A stretch of 64,000 nucleotides of DNA, taken from the NCBI RefSeq assembly GCF_000315625.1, contig NW_005434591.1, positions 315,086 to 379,085 of the forward strand. Direction: 5' to 3'. The DNA is from Guillardia theta CCMP2712 (Eukaryota > Protista > Cryptophyta). Positions 1-13,245 of this stretch are shown in pieces. A program made the position numbers and the translations under genes. Each line of letters begins with the position of its first letter. The first letter of the stretch is position 1. The notes beneath the pieces were generated by a model. The model did not search any database and was not told the DNA's origin. It was given only the letters and a program-made list of their open reading frames with translations.

Positions 1-163
1 CTCCTCCTCCTCCTCCTCCTCCTCCTCCTCCTCCTCCTCGTTCTCCCCTTCTCTCCTCTACTCTGCTCTTTTTGTAGCCCGCCCTTGTTGACTGCTGTGC
101 GCTCCCATCCCTATCCTCCTGCTCTCCCTCCTCCCTCCTCTCTTCCCCGTGACGACCGCGCAG

Positions 164-3055
164 GGTACGAGAGGCTCAAGGGCAAGAAGACGCTCTGGCC
201 GTTTGGCTTCCATTGCACGGGCATGCCGATCCAGGCGGCAGCAGACAACTTGAGTGAGAGGGAGGAGGCGACTGAGGGATTAGGCTGAGCGCAGGGTGCA
301 GGACGTGACATCATCGGCATGTACCAGGAGATCTACGGAGGGGTGAGAGGAGGAGGATGTGGTGGTGACGGTGCTGACAGTCAGTCAGGAGGAGGAGAAG
401 GAGGCGGATGCTGAGGCTTCAAAGGAGGTGTGCTGCTGACCTGGGGGATGAAGTAGTGTTGAAGTTGATGTGCAGGAGGAGGAAGCAGAAATGGACCCGA
501 CCAAGTTCAAGGGCAAGAAGAGCAAGGCAGCTGCGAAGAAGGGCAAGGGAAACCAGTAAGTCGGCGGGGTGGGAGAAGCGGAAGGAGGGAAGGATGGAGG
601 GAAGAGAAGAGAAAAGAAACGGAGGAGTGAGGAGGAAGGGGAACGGGTAGCATGAGCAGCAGGAGGAGGAGGAGCAGGAGCAGGATCTGAGAGACTTTGA
701 CACGTTTGGTTCAGATGGCAGGTGTTGGAGTCGATGGACATTCCTAGAGAAACTATCCCTCGCTTCGTCGATCCTGTCTACTGGCTTCAAGTGAGTCCTC
801 CTCCTCCTCTTCCTCTCCTGTCCTTTTCTCCATCGTCCCCTCCTACTCATCTCTTCCTTCCCCTTCCTTCTCTTCGTTCCTTCTCTCTCCTCCTTTGCTT
901 GTTCCCTTCATGTTCACGACGGGCCTTTGCAGTACTTCCCTCCCATCGCCAAGCAGGACTTGATTGAGATGGGCGTGAAGGTGGGACAAGAGGAGTGGGA
1001 GGCGGAATGAAAGGGAGCGAGGGGAGCGGCAGAGACGGAGAGGAGCAGAGACAAGAACAGGAAGGAGAAGGGAGGAAAGGAAAGAAGTGGAGAGAGGGAG
1101 GAGGAGGGAAGGAGAGGAGAGGAGAGGGGGAGGAGAGGCGAGGGGGAAGGGAAGGACAGATTTGAAGGGGAAAGGAAATCATTTCGAGGGTTTAGGTGGA
1201 TTGGAGGAGGTCGTTCATTACCACCAACGTCAACCCCTACTACGATTCTTTCATTCAGTGGCAGTTCCACAAGCTCCGGTGACTTCAAACTTCTCCCGCT
1301 CCTCCTCCCGCTCCCTCCTTCCCCTTCCTCTCCTCCTCCCTCTCCGTCTTCCTACTTCCACTTCGTTTATCTCCCTCCCTCTCTCTCCCTCTCTCGCTCG
1401 TCTCCTCCTCTCCCTCCCTCCCGTGCTGCTCTCACACTCCCCCAGCAAGCTCGAGAAGGTTTCTTTCGGCAAGCGTTACTCCATCTTCTCCCCTATCGAC
1501 AACCAGATCTGTGCAGATCATGACAGAGCTACTGGTATGCTCCTCCTCCTCCTCCTCCTCCTCCTCCTCCTCCTCTCCTCCTCCCTCTCCTCTTCCTCCT
1601 CCCTCTTCCTCCTGCTCCTGCTCCTCCTCGTCCGTGTCACTGTCTTCCTTTTCATTTGCTCCCTGAACTTCTCCCTTTGCTATCCCCTCTGCTTTTCCTC
1701 ATTCTCCTCTTTCCTTTCTTGTTCCACCACCTCCTCCATTCTTCCCCGCTGCCTTTCTGTACCCCTCCTTCCTCCTCCTCTCCCTCGTCACCCCTGCTGT
1801 CTTGTAGGCGAAGGAGTTGGACCGCAGGAGTACGTCCTCATCAAGATGGAGATTCTTACCTTGCCCCCGGCGCTGCAGCAAGTTGATTCCACTTCCTCGT
1901 TACCATCCTGCTCCTCCTCCTGCTCTTGTTCCTCTCTCCTCCTCGTCCTCCTGCCTCCCTCTCCTCTTCCGCTTACTCGCACGCAGCTCGAGGGCAAGAA
2001 AGTTGTTCTCCTCGCCGCTACTCTCCGTCCCGAAACCATGTAAACCCCTCCTTCTCTCCTTCCTTCCTTCTCTTCCTCTTCCTCCACTCCCTTCTCTTCC
2101 TCTTCCTCCACTCTCTTCTCTTCTTCAGGCTGAAATTTCATCGCAGGTACGGGCAGACCAACTGCTGGGTCCTCCCCCACGAGAAAGATGGTGAACTACC
2201 AGAGACTTCCTACCCCCCACCCCTCTCTCTCCTCCCTCCTTCCTCCTTCTTCCTTAACCCCCCCTCCCCCTCCCTCCCTCCTCCTCCTCCTCCTCCTTCC
2301 TTCCTCCTCCTCTCCTCTCNNNNNNNNNNNNNNNNNNNNNNNNNNNNNNNNNNNNNNNNNNNNNNNNNNNNNNNNNNNNNNNNNNNNNNNNNNNNNNNNN
2401 NNNNNNNNNNNNNNNNNNNCCCTCCTCCCTCCTCCCCCCCTCCACCTCCTCCTCCTCTCCCTCATTTTCTCTTTTCTGGCGCTTGCCCCTCGCCCGCTTC
2501 TCCTTCATCTCCTCTTGCTGATCTTCTGACCTCCAGCCATCGTCGGGGAGCGGGCGGCAAGGAACATGGCCTTCCAGGGGCTGACGCCGGAGGTAACGAG
2601 GCAGCAGCGGGTTGAAAGAGCTCGTGACGTCCTGCTGGCAGTTCGGCGAGGTCAGGGAAGTGATGAGAGTGCGAGGAAGAGACCTGGTGGGACTCCCGCT
2701 CAGGTGAGCCCGTGCTAGCTTCCTCTTCCCTCTCCTCCTCCTCCTCCTCCTCCTCCTCCTCCTCCTCATCCTCCTCCTCCTCTTCCTCCCTCTTCCCCCA
2801 CCTGCTTCTCCTTTTCCTCCTTCCTATCTCCTCCCTTCCTCAAACCTCATTCATCGTTCCCTTCCCTCTCTTTCCTCTCCGTGTCTTCTTTTCTTTCTCA
2901 TCCTGTTCTCAGGGCTCCTCTCACCAAGTTGTGCCCCATCTACACCCTCCCCATGCTCACCATCTCCATGAAGAAGGGAACGGGTGTCGTGACCTCGGTA
3001 AGCGAGAAGGAGGAGAGGAAGAGGAAGTGAAGAAGGAGTGGAAGTGGAGATGGCA

Positions 3056-3088
<33 letters not shown>

Positions 3089-3133
3089 TGGCGGTGACTG
3101 TGATGGTGGCAGCTGTTGTTGTTGGTGGTGGGG

Positions 3134-3214
<81 letters not shown>

Positions 3215-5702
3215 TCTGGCAGGGAGTGACGTGGGGGGCAGGTGCCATCGGACGCGCCGGACGACTACCAGGCGCTGATGGACCTCAAGAACAAGCCGGC
3301 GCTGAGGGAGAAGTACGGGGTCAAGGACGAGTGGGTCCTGCCCTTCGACCTCATCCCCATCATCGAGATCCCCTACAAGCGCGACGACGCGCCGGAGGGA
3401 GCCGAGCCCGAGCTGACGGACCTGGCGGCTAAGGTGGCGTGCGAGGAGTACAAGGTGGCTTCACAGAATGACAAGGAGAAGCTGGTGCTTGCCAAGGCGA
3501 AGACGTACAAGCTCGGGTTCTACGAGGGGAAGATGACCATCGGAGACTTCAAGGGGATGCCCGTGCAAGAGGCGAAGAACAGGGTGAAGGCTCAGATGCT
3601 CGAGGAGAACAACGCGTACTCGTACGCTGAGCCGGAGAAGGAGGTGATGTCTCGGTCCGGCAACGAGTGTGTGGTGGCCCTGACGGATCAGTGGTACATC
3701 AAGTACGGAGAGGAGGAGTGGAGGAAGCAGGTGGAAGAGCATCTGCAGAAGGACCTCAACTGCTACTCAGACGACACCAAGTCCAAGTTCGAGGCAGCTC
3801 TGAGCTGGCTGGGGGAGTGGGGCTGCTCCAGGTCGTTCGGTCTGGGGACGCTGCTGCCATGGGACAAGCAGTTTGTGATCGAGTCTCTCTCTGACTCCAC
3901 CATCTACATGGCCTACTACACCTTCTGCCACATCCTCCACCAGGGCCCCTTCGACGGCTCCGTGCCCGGGCCCGCTGGCGTCGTCGCCAAGGATCTCACA
4001 GAGGAGGTCTGGGACTATATCCTGCTGGACGGGCCCCAGCCCAAGGACAGCAAGGTGCCGCAGGAGACGCTGGAGAGGATGAAGCAGGAGTTCAACTACT
4101 GGTACCCCGTCGACCTGCGCGTGTCCGGTAAGGATCTGATTCAGAACCACCTTACCTTCTTCCTCTACAACCATGCCGCCATCTTCCCCAAGAAGCACTG
4201 GCCCCGTTCCATCCGCACCAACGGCCACGTCCTGCTCAACAACGAGAAGATGTCAAAGTCGACCGGCAACTTCAAGACCCTCAAGCAGGCGATCGGCGAG
4301 TACTCGGCTGACGGCATGCGATTCGCGCTGGCGCTGGCGGGCGATGGCAACGAGGACGCAAACTTCGAGCATGACGTGGCGAACGCGGCGATCCTGAAAC
4401 TGACCAACGAGCTTCAGTTCGTGGAGAAGTCGCTGACTGAGCTGGACAAGATGAGGACGGGAGAGCTCGACCTCTTCATCGACAAGAATTTTGACAACGA
4501 GATCAATCGTCTTGTCAAGTCGGCGGACGAGTGCTACCGCCGCATGCAGTTCCGCGAGTCGGTCATCGAAGGCTGGGACAAGCTCCAGAACGCGCGGGAC
4601 AAGTACCGCGCCATGGCCGGGCCCATCGGCATGCACGCGGAGCTGATCAAGAAGTTCATCACGTGCCAGACGCTCGTGATCGCTCCCATCTGCCCTCACT
4701 ACTCCGAGTACGTGTGGGGGCTGCTGGGGCACAAGGAAAGCGTCATGGAGGCTCGCTGGCCGGAGGTGGGAGACGTCGACCCGCTGCTGGTGCGCATGAA
4801 CAGCTACTTTGACAAGACGCTGTCGGACATCCGAGCCAAGACCGACAAGGCGCGAGCCAAGAAGGCCGTGGCCAAGGCGACCGTCTACGTGGCCGACGAG
4901 TTCCTGGACTGGCAGCAGGCGGCGCTGAATGTGCTGAGGTCGGTGGTGGACAAGGGGGAGAGCTTCGGGAAGGACTTCAAGAAGAACATGATGAGCTTTC
5001 CCGAGCTCGCTCCCTTCAAGGCTCAGACTAAGGTCCTCATGCCCTTCGCCGCCTTCTCCATCGACGAGTTCGAGGCCCGTGGACCCGAGGCCTTCGAACT
5101 CAAGGTGAGGGGCGAGGAGGGAGCGGGGGAGGAAGGGCGAGGTAGTAGGGAGGGAGGGAGGGAGGGAGGGCGGAGGGCGGATGAGAGAAGACGGGTTTGC
5201 TGAGATACATGGCAGGTTCCTTACGATGAAGTTCGTCTCCTCACCGACAGCATCGAGTATCTCAAGGTTGCTTTCCTTCCACCTGCTCTCTCTCCTCCTC
5301 CCCTCCTCCATTTCCTTCTCCCTTCCCCGCCTTCTCCTCCTCTCCCCTCCCGTCCCCTTCCCTCTGCCTGACCCCAATTGCTCAGGGAGAGCTCAGCGTG
5401 GAGGAGATCGAGGTGACCAAGTGGCCTCCTTCAGACCCTGCCGTCCTCAAGAACCTGAGGTATGAATGTGCTCTCATCTCCTCTCGCTCCTCCTCTCCTC
5501 TCGCTCCTCCTCTCCTCCCGCTCCTCTCCTCCCGCTCCTTTCTGTAACCACTTGTTCTGCTCTCTCTCTCTCCCTGGTTGTACCCTGTTGTTCTCTCTTC
5601 TGCCTCCTTCCTGGTCTCGCTCTCGCGCTCTCCGTTTCCTCCTCACTTCATCGCAGCAACAATCCTGCTACTCCCGGCAAACCAGCAGTCAGCTTCTCAT
5701 GA
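164..5702 (+). CDS. LARS: Cytosolic leucyl-tRNA synthetase, multi-exon, 5' end upstream of the window
   Basis: Exons encode [74 protein letters not shown] and KMSKSTGNF (class I KMSKS). The long exon is about 3242-5105. The last exon ends [12 protein letters not shown] at 5702. Confidence 0.97.
2320..2419. other. Assembly gap (100 N) inside a CT-rich LeuRS region
   Basis: Run of N. Confidence 1.
3139..3213 (+). repeat. (CAG)25 microsatellite in a LeuRS intron
   Basis: Direct reading. It lies between the exon ending GVVTS and the exon starting VPSDAPDD. Confidence 0.95.
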
Positions 5703-5928
5703 CCTGAATAAACGTGCAAACGTCTCCTCTTGTCATGTTCTGTTGCCATCAGCTCATCTCATGCTCCTCCTCTCATCTCTCATCTCACGCTCTCTCACAA
5801 CGATTTCAAGTAATTGATGGTTTTGAATGTTTTAATCAAGATTTATCTTCTTGTTTCATGTCTCATGTTACAGTGAGGCAAGGAGAGTCCGCAGGGGCTC
5901 CTCCATGCAAAAAGTTTCGAGGTGAAAG

Positions 5929-7054
<1,126 letters not shown>

Positions 7055-7489
7055 GGTCTGCATAAAACATCCATGGTTAATGATATTCACCAGTATTCCA
7101 AGTACATATTCACACCAAACTGTGTATGTCCATCAAGACAACACAAGAATCTAACTAATTCAAGTACTGGATCGTTCGAGCGAATGAAGACAAATTCGGT
7201 CGCCTCTTGTGGATCTTCTCAAATATTGTGCATGTAAAATCACACCTAGTCCCCTTCCTCCAGTTGTAGAATCCACTATCTCAGTCTCACTGACTTGTTG
7301 ACATGGAACAATCGAGCTCAACTCTTGTTCTATCCTACTCCACCTTCTTCTTCTCTCCTCTCTTCTTCCTCTTCTCTTCTCTCCTTCTTCCTCTCCTCTC
7401 TCCTCTCTCTCCCTCCCCACACACACAGCCCATGTCGCATGCTCTCTTACATTCTCTTTCCCGCCAATTCGCTGCCCGACGCTTCTTAT

Positions 7490-8800
7490 ACCCTCACCCC
7501 CTCACCCTACCCCTACTCTCGAACCCCCACCCCCAAAATTTGAACCCTACCCATATGTTTTTTACCCCACCTGTCAGAGGAGCACATCCGACAAATTACT
7601 ACCGGTACTTGCTTTACACCCTACCCTGTATATAGAGAATTGTCCTCCCTCACCCATCAGAATACAACAATACAGACAGGTATGTCACCACTACTCTGCC
7701 TGCCCTACCCCTCATACATTTTCAATACCCACCCTAAAAACAGCATGCGGAATTTGCACACCCACCCTTTCACTTTCCCACTACCCTTCTGAATCAATGA
7801 ATTTCACCCCCACCCCACATTGCCACCCCTACCCCTTTTCCCGCCTTGTGGACGGGCTGAGCCTGAAAGCTCCACAGCTCCACTTTTCTCCACCCCTGCA
7901 ATCCGAGGGTCCTTCATGGACCCCACCCACAAACTTTCTATGTTTTCCTACGGTAATGGTAGGCTATTTGTACTACCCTACCCTATAACTTGTGGGATCC
8001 GAGGGGCTCTGCCATGGCGGGAGGCGCCCAGCGCGGCGGGATCCGTAACGTCTGAGTTGCGGCGCGGGAGAAACCGTTACTGAGTCAGCCTGCCAGTCAC
8101 AGTGACTAGCTGAGCCGAGTGCCCGGCCGGTCCGCCGAGTACCGTACCGTCGGCGGTGAGGGTACCGCACTGGTACGGCCCTAGTACTACGTACGGCGGT
8201 GGCTCGGACCGGGCGTAGTCGTTCAGTGACTGCCACGGTGGCCGGCAGGGGGCCTGACTCGCCTCAGTGAGGCCCGCCGGGCGCCGGGCGCCGGCCGCTG
8301 AGTGACGGCGCCGGGACAGACCGTTGACTCGGACCCACGCCGGGTCCGATCGCCGGCCCCCCCGGCTCCGGCGGCCCGCCGCCCGGCGGCGCGGCGGCCG
8401 CGGCGGGCCCGGCCCCGTTTACCGTAGTACTTTCTGAGTCAGTGACTCAGAACTTGAAAGTTAACCCGGCCGCCGGGCCCCGCCCGGAAAAGTTCCGAAG
8501 TTCAACCGGTTCTATGCGTTCACGGCTCCGACGCCGGGAGCGCGGGCCCTGGCACCGCCGGGCCGGGCCGTCTGTCACCGGCCCGGGTCAACTCAGTTGA
8601 CTTGAACAGTTCAACGGTTGACTCCGTTGACGCCCGGAGTCAGTGCCACTGACGGAAGTTGCTGAGGGGACTGAGCCTGGCCGGCCGGGCCAGGCTCTCA
8701 GGCCCGCCGCCCCGGGTCACCGGTCCGATCATCGCCCCGGGCCGGCCGGTTCAACGGTTCAACACGGTTTCAGTGCTGCCCTGGCAGGGCAACTGAACCT
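7490..8800. promoter_or_regulatory. Intergenic TACCC-rich tract (7490-8000) plus GC-rich palindrome/TGA(C/G)TCA island (8020-8800) upstream of PCNA
   Basis: Many TGAGTCA/TGACTC motifs, short GC palindromes and the inverted repeat TTCTGAGTCA-G-TGACTCAGAA at 8432-8452. The same motif vocabulary recurs at 22085-22460. Regulatory function is inferred. Confidence 0.4.
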
Positions 8801-9849
8801 GATAATAAGATTCATGAGGCATTGAAATTTTACTATGTTTTCACCTATATAGATAATTGCTGTCCTCAGTGTATCCTGAGGGCAAAGGGATTTTGAACCT
8901 CCTCCCCTTTGTCCTCTTGGCTCCTCCACCTCCACCTCCTCCTCCACCTCCTGCCCGTCCTCCATCTCTCCTCCTGCTCGTCCTCCATCTCTCCTCCTAC
9001 TTGTCCTCCTCCTTCTCTCTTTCTCCTCCTCCTCCTCCTCCATCTCCTTCCCTCGTCCTCCTCTTCTCTTGCCCTCCTTCCCTCCGTCTCCTTCTCACGT
9101 CCTCCTTCCCTTGTCCTCCTTCTGTCGTCCTCCTCCTTCACCACCACCACCACCTTGCTCTTCTCCTTTTCTCTCACACTACTACCTTCAACACTTTAAC
9201 CGTCGACACCATCATCTTTCCGTCATCCACCACCATTTTCTCTGCCGCCGCCACCACCTCCCCTGCTTGCCCCGCCTCCGCCTCCGCCTCCAGTTCTCCT
9301 CGTCTTGTTCCTCTTCTTGCCCTGGTCTAATACCTGGTCTGCCTGCCGCATTTCTTCCTCCAGCTACTCTTTCTCCTCCCCGACTTTTTTGTGTTGCGGC
9401 CATCGGATTCCCTTGCTGGTTATCATGTTCGAGCACGTAGGGAGCTGTTGATTCCTTGTATGGACGAGGACGGAGGAGGCCGGAGTTGCGAGGCTGGTGA
9501 TGAGAGGCTGGAGTGAGAGAAGATGAGAATGTCTCGACGCCACGTGGTGCAGATTCTGCAGGTGAGCTGCTGCTGAGTGAGCTTGTGGGGAGGACCTGAC
9601 TGACGAAACAAAGGGTCTGGTCTTGCTGTCCTTCCTTCTACTTGTGTCAGGTGAAGGATGTTGCATGTTCGCGTGAGATGTGAAGGGTCGACAAGGAGTC
9701 TTGTTGTAACAGACTCATTTTGATCTCGCATGTCAATCTGATGTCTCAACCTGATACATCAATCTGATATCTCAATCTGATGTGTATTCGATCTCAAAGT
9801 GATATTCCAATGGGATATTTCAATGTAACACCTGGTTCCAGCGGTTGAT

Positions 9850-12800
9850 CGTCATGTGATCGTCGGCTTTGAAGCTCTGGGGACGGTAAGGAGGAGGACT
9901 AAACTTGTGTGGAAATCTGAACATGCCGTGAAGATCCATGTCTATCAAACTTTCAACTTCTCCCTCCTCGCCGGAAGCTTTCAGTCATTGTCAGCCGGCG
10001 CGTCGCTACAAGTCAGCGTCAACGACAACATGTCAAGAGTCTTGTCGCTACTCCCGTTGTTGACATGGAGGTGAAGGCTGGGAGAAACCAACGTGAGGCT
10101 GTTGGACAGCTTCAAGCTCCAACTCCCTCAGGTACCCCCTGCTCCTGCTTCCGCTCCCGCTCCCGCTCCCGATCCCGCTCCTGCTCCTGCTCCTGCTCCT
10201 GCTCCTCGATCCTGCTTCCCAATCCTTCCTCTCCCTCCTCCTCCTCCCTCACTTATCTTACTTCTTCTCCTCACCCCACTTACCTGTTGCGCCATGCTCC
10301 TGCTTCATGCGGCTTCCCCTGTGACGTGACTTGGTGTGACTCGCAGAACTCCTGGCCGTCTGATGTAGCAGAGAATCCGTTGCTCATGGTGAGACATGCT
10401 CTCTGACATGCTGGGAGAGCTGACGCGTGCGGAAGGCCATCGACTCTGCCAGTTTACAGCAGATTCCTGCAGGATGCAAGCCGTTCGGACCTGTGAGGCT
10501 GAGAGGGGAGGAAAGGAGGAGGAAGCGAGGGGGGGCTGGGAAGGGGGAGGAGAGAGAAAGGGGGTATGGGGAGTATGCGAAGTGAGGGAAATAGGAGTTA
10601 GGGACAAGGAGGGAAGGGGAGTGGAGCGGAGAGGAGGGGCGGGGAGTGCTGGAAGTGACATGGCGCAGGTGTGGTTGATTTCTCCTGCTATTGGTCTGAA
10701 GGCTTCGGCTGTGGTCAACCTTCCACTCATCAAGTGAGTTTGTTCAAGGAGTGTCGGCACTGACCGTCTCATGCAGCTCGAGCTCACTCAATCTTCTCTT
10801 GGCGCCTTTCATGTATCCTCGACTTGTTCTTGTTCCGCACCTCCTCTTCCCTTCCCCTCTTTTCTTCCCTTCTCTTCCCTTCCCTCTCTTCTTCCCTCTC
10901 TTCTTCCCTTCCCTCCACCGTTCCCTTCTCCTCTTCCCTTCCCTTTCCTTCGTTTCCTTCCTTGTTCTCCCCCTCCTTGTCCCCAGCTTTCCTTCCTCGC
11001 TCGACTGAGAACGGACGTCAGGCTCTTGAATCGTTCCTCCGAATGGCAGAGGATCGGCGTGTGGCAGAATCAGGTTGCCCTCCAACCCCCCTCCTCTGAA
11101 CTTGCTGTACTCCTCCTCCTCTTCCTGCCGCTGCTGTTGCTCCTACACCTACTCCTACTCCTCCTCCTCCTCCTCCGCGTAATGCCTTCCATCCTCCAGT
11201 CATCCTCCGCCGTCTCTACGACTGCGGACGCTCTCGGAGTCTTTGGGGTGAATCTCCAGAGGGGTAGGAGGGAAGTTGACCCTCCTGCAGGTCTTCAGCA
11301 TCGACTCTCAGGTCGTTATCAGCGCCAACCCTCAAGACTCGACCAGCAACTCGCAGGTTGGAAAAGTCCTGCCCTTTCCCCTCCTCCTCCTCCTCCTNNN
11401 NNNNNNNNNNNNNNNNNNNNNNNNNNNNNNNNNNNNNNNNNNNNNNNNNNNNNNNNNNNNNNNNNNNNNNNNNNNNNNNNNNNNNNNNNNNNNNNNNNNN
11501 NNNNNNNNNNNNNNNNNNNNNNNNNNNNNNNNNNNNNNNNNNNNNNNNNNNNNNNNNNNNNNNNNNNNNNNNNNNNNNNNNNNNNNNNNNNNNNNNNNNN
11601 NNNNNNNNNNNNNNNNNNNNNNNNNNNNNNNNNNNNNNNNNNNNNNNNNNNNNNNNNNNNNNNNNNNNNNNNNNNNNNNNNNNNNNNNNNNNNNNNNNNN
11701 NNNNNNNNNNNNNNNNNNNNNNNNNNNNNNNNNNNNNNNNNNNNNNNNNNNNNNNNNNNNNNNNNNNNNNNNNNNNNNNNNNNNNNNNNNNNNNNNNNNN
11801 NNNNNNNNNNNNNNNNNNNNNNNNNNNNNNNNNNNNNNNNNNNNNNNNNNNNNNNNNNNNNNNNNNNNNNNNNNNNNNNNNNNNNNNNNNNNNNNNNNNN
11901 NNNNNNNNNNNNNNNNNNNNNNNNNNNNNNNNNNNNNNNNNNNNNNNNNNNNNNNNNNNNNNNNNNNNNNNNNNNNNNNNNNNNNNNNNNNNNNNNNNNN
12001 NNNNNNNNNNNNNGAGTCTTCTGATGATGAGAAGAAGGCTGAGGGATCGAGCGACACGTCGGAATCCTATCGACAATCCGAGGAGGAAGAGGAAGACGAC
12101 GAGGAGAGGAAGACAGACAGTGCGGAGAGAGTGATGAAGGACAAGAGAAAGAAGGAGGAACAGGAGCAGGAGGAGGAGGAGGACAGGAAGGGGAGGAATG
12201 ATGATAGTGATGATAAGGAGGAGGAGGAGGAGGAGGATGGGTGGGTTAACGATCAAAGCAAGGATCAGAAAGCTTCAGCATCGCAGAGGTGAAGTGGCTG
12301 GTGGACTTGACGTTGACGGCTGACGTGACCACAGGAGTGAATCCGACGACTCGTCCTCTCCTCCCTCCACTGACCGAGTCTCGTCTCGTCGTTCACTTGA
12401 GGGAGAGAAGGAGGAGGAGGGGGAGAAGGAGAAGGGAGAGGAAGGAGGAGGGGGCAAGAGAGAGGGAGACAGCAATGGCAGCCCTGCGGTCTCGGCTGAG
12501 GGCGAGAGGAGGGGAGAGGGAGGAGGAGGGCTCGACTCCTCCTTCAAGTAAGTTCTCCTCCTCTGATCCGATGACGGCTGCTGATACCTGCCTCTCAGCG
12601 AGTCCTCCCTGCTGGAACCAGCCGCTGTCAACATGGTGAGGATGGAGGAGGAGGAGACGGTGGCAGGAGGAGATGGAAGTTGGGCAGTGGGAGAAGAGAA
12701 AAGGGGAGGGGAGGGGGCGAGGAGGAGAGAACGGGAGGCTGATGGGGTCGCAGACTCGTCAGCCGTCTCCTCACACCCTGGAGATCGAGTCAACGTTGAC

Positions 12801-12971
12801 TCGCCTGCGGAAGACCCGCGAGTCGGCGCTCAACTTTCAGAGCAGGACGCGGCAGGACCTCTCAAGGGCGCATCAAGGTAGGGCAGAAGTGCTTGCCCGG
12901 CTCTCATGACGTGCTGTTAGGACATCTCGGTAGATGATGGAGATGTGATGGCTATCTTGGAGGTTTGGTGA
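9850..12971 (+). CDS. Hypothetical multi-exon gene with an acidic low-complexity C-terminal half; spans a gap, boundaries uncertain
   Basis: Short GT-AG-bounded open segments (LLDSFKLQLPQ, NSWPSDVAENPLLM, VWLISPAIGLKASAVVNLPLIK), an acidic exon at about 12014-12290, and a last exon DISVDDGDVMAILEVW-TGA. Confidence 0.35.
11398..12013. other. Assembly gap (616 N)
   Basis: Run of N. Confidence 1.
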
Positions 12972-13146
12972 GATTGTAATTTAGAGTCAGAGACTTTAAG
13001 TTCTCGATCTGATTGAAGATTTCTTAACTTTTTACATGTCGCCTGGTGTTGTTACAGGGTGCTAATCGATCTTGATGATGTCTTCTTTTGTTTGTTTCTC
13101 ATCCTTATCTCTTCACTTCTCGTTCTGATTCACTTGTTGCTTTCCT

Positions 13147-13221
13147 TTCTTCACATCTTGTCTTCATTTCTTCACATCTTGTCTTCATTTCTTCACATCT
13201 TGTCTTCATTTCTTCACATCT
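13147..13221 (+). repeat. 21-bp tandem repeat (TTCTTCACATCTTGTCTTCAT), about 3.5 copies
   Basis: Direct reading. Confidence 0.9.
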
Positions 13222-13245
13222 CAACACATTTCTTTACATCTGTTG

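Noticed and set aside
11216-12292. Long ORFs spanning N runs
   Set aside because: Artefacts of the assembly gap.
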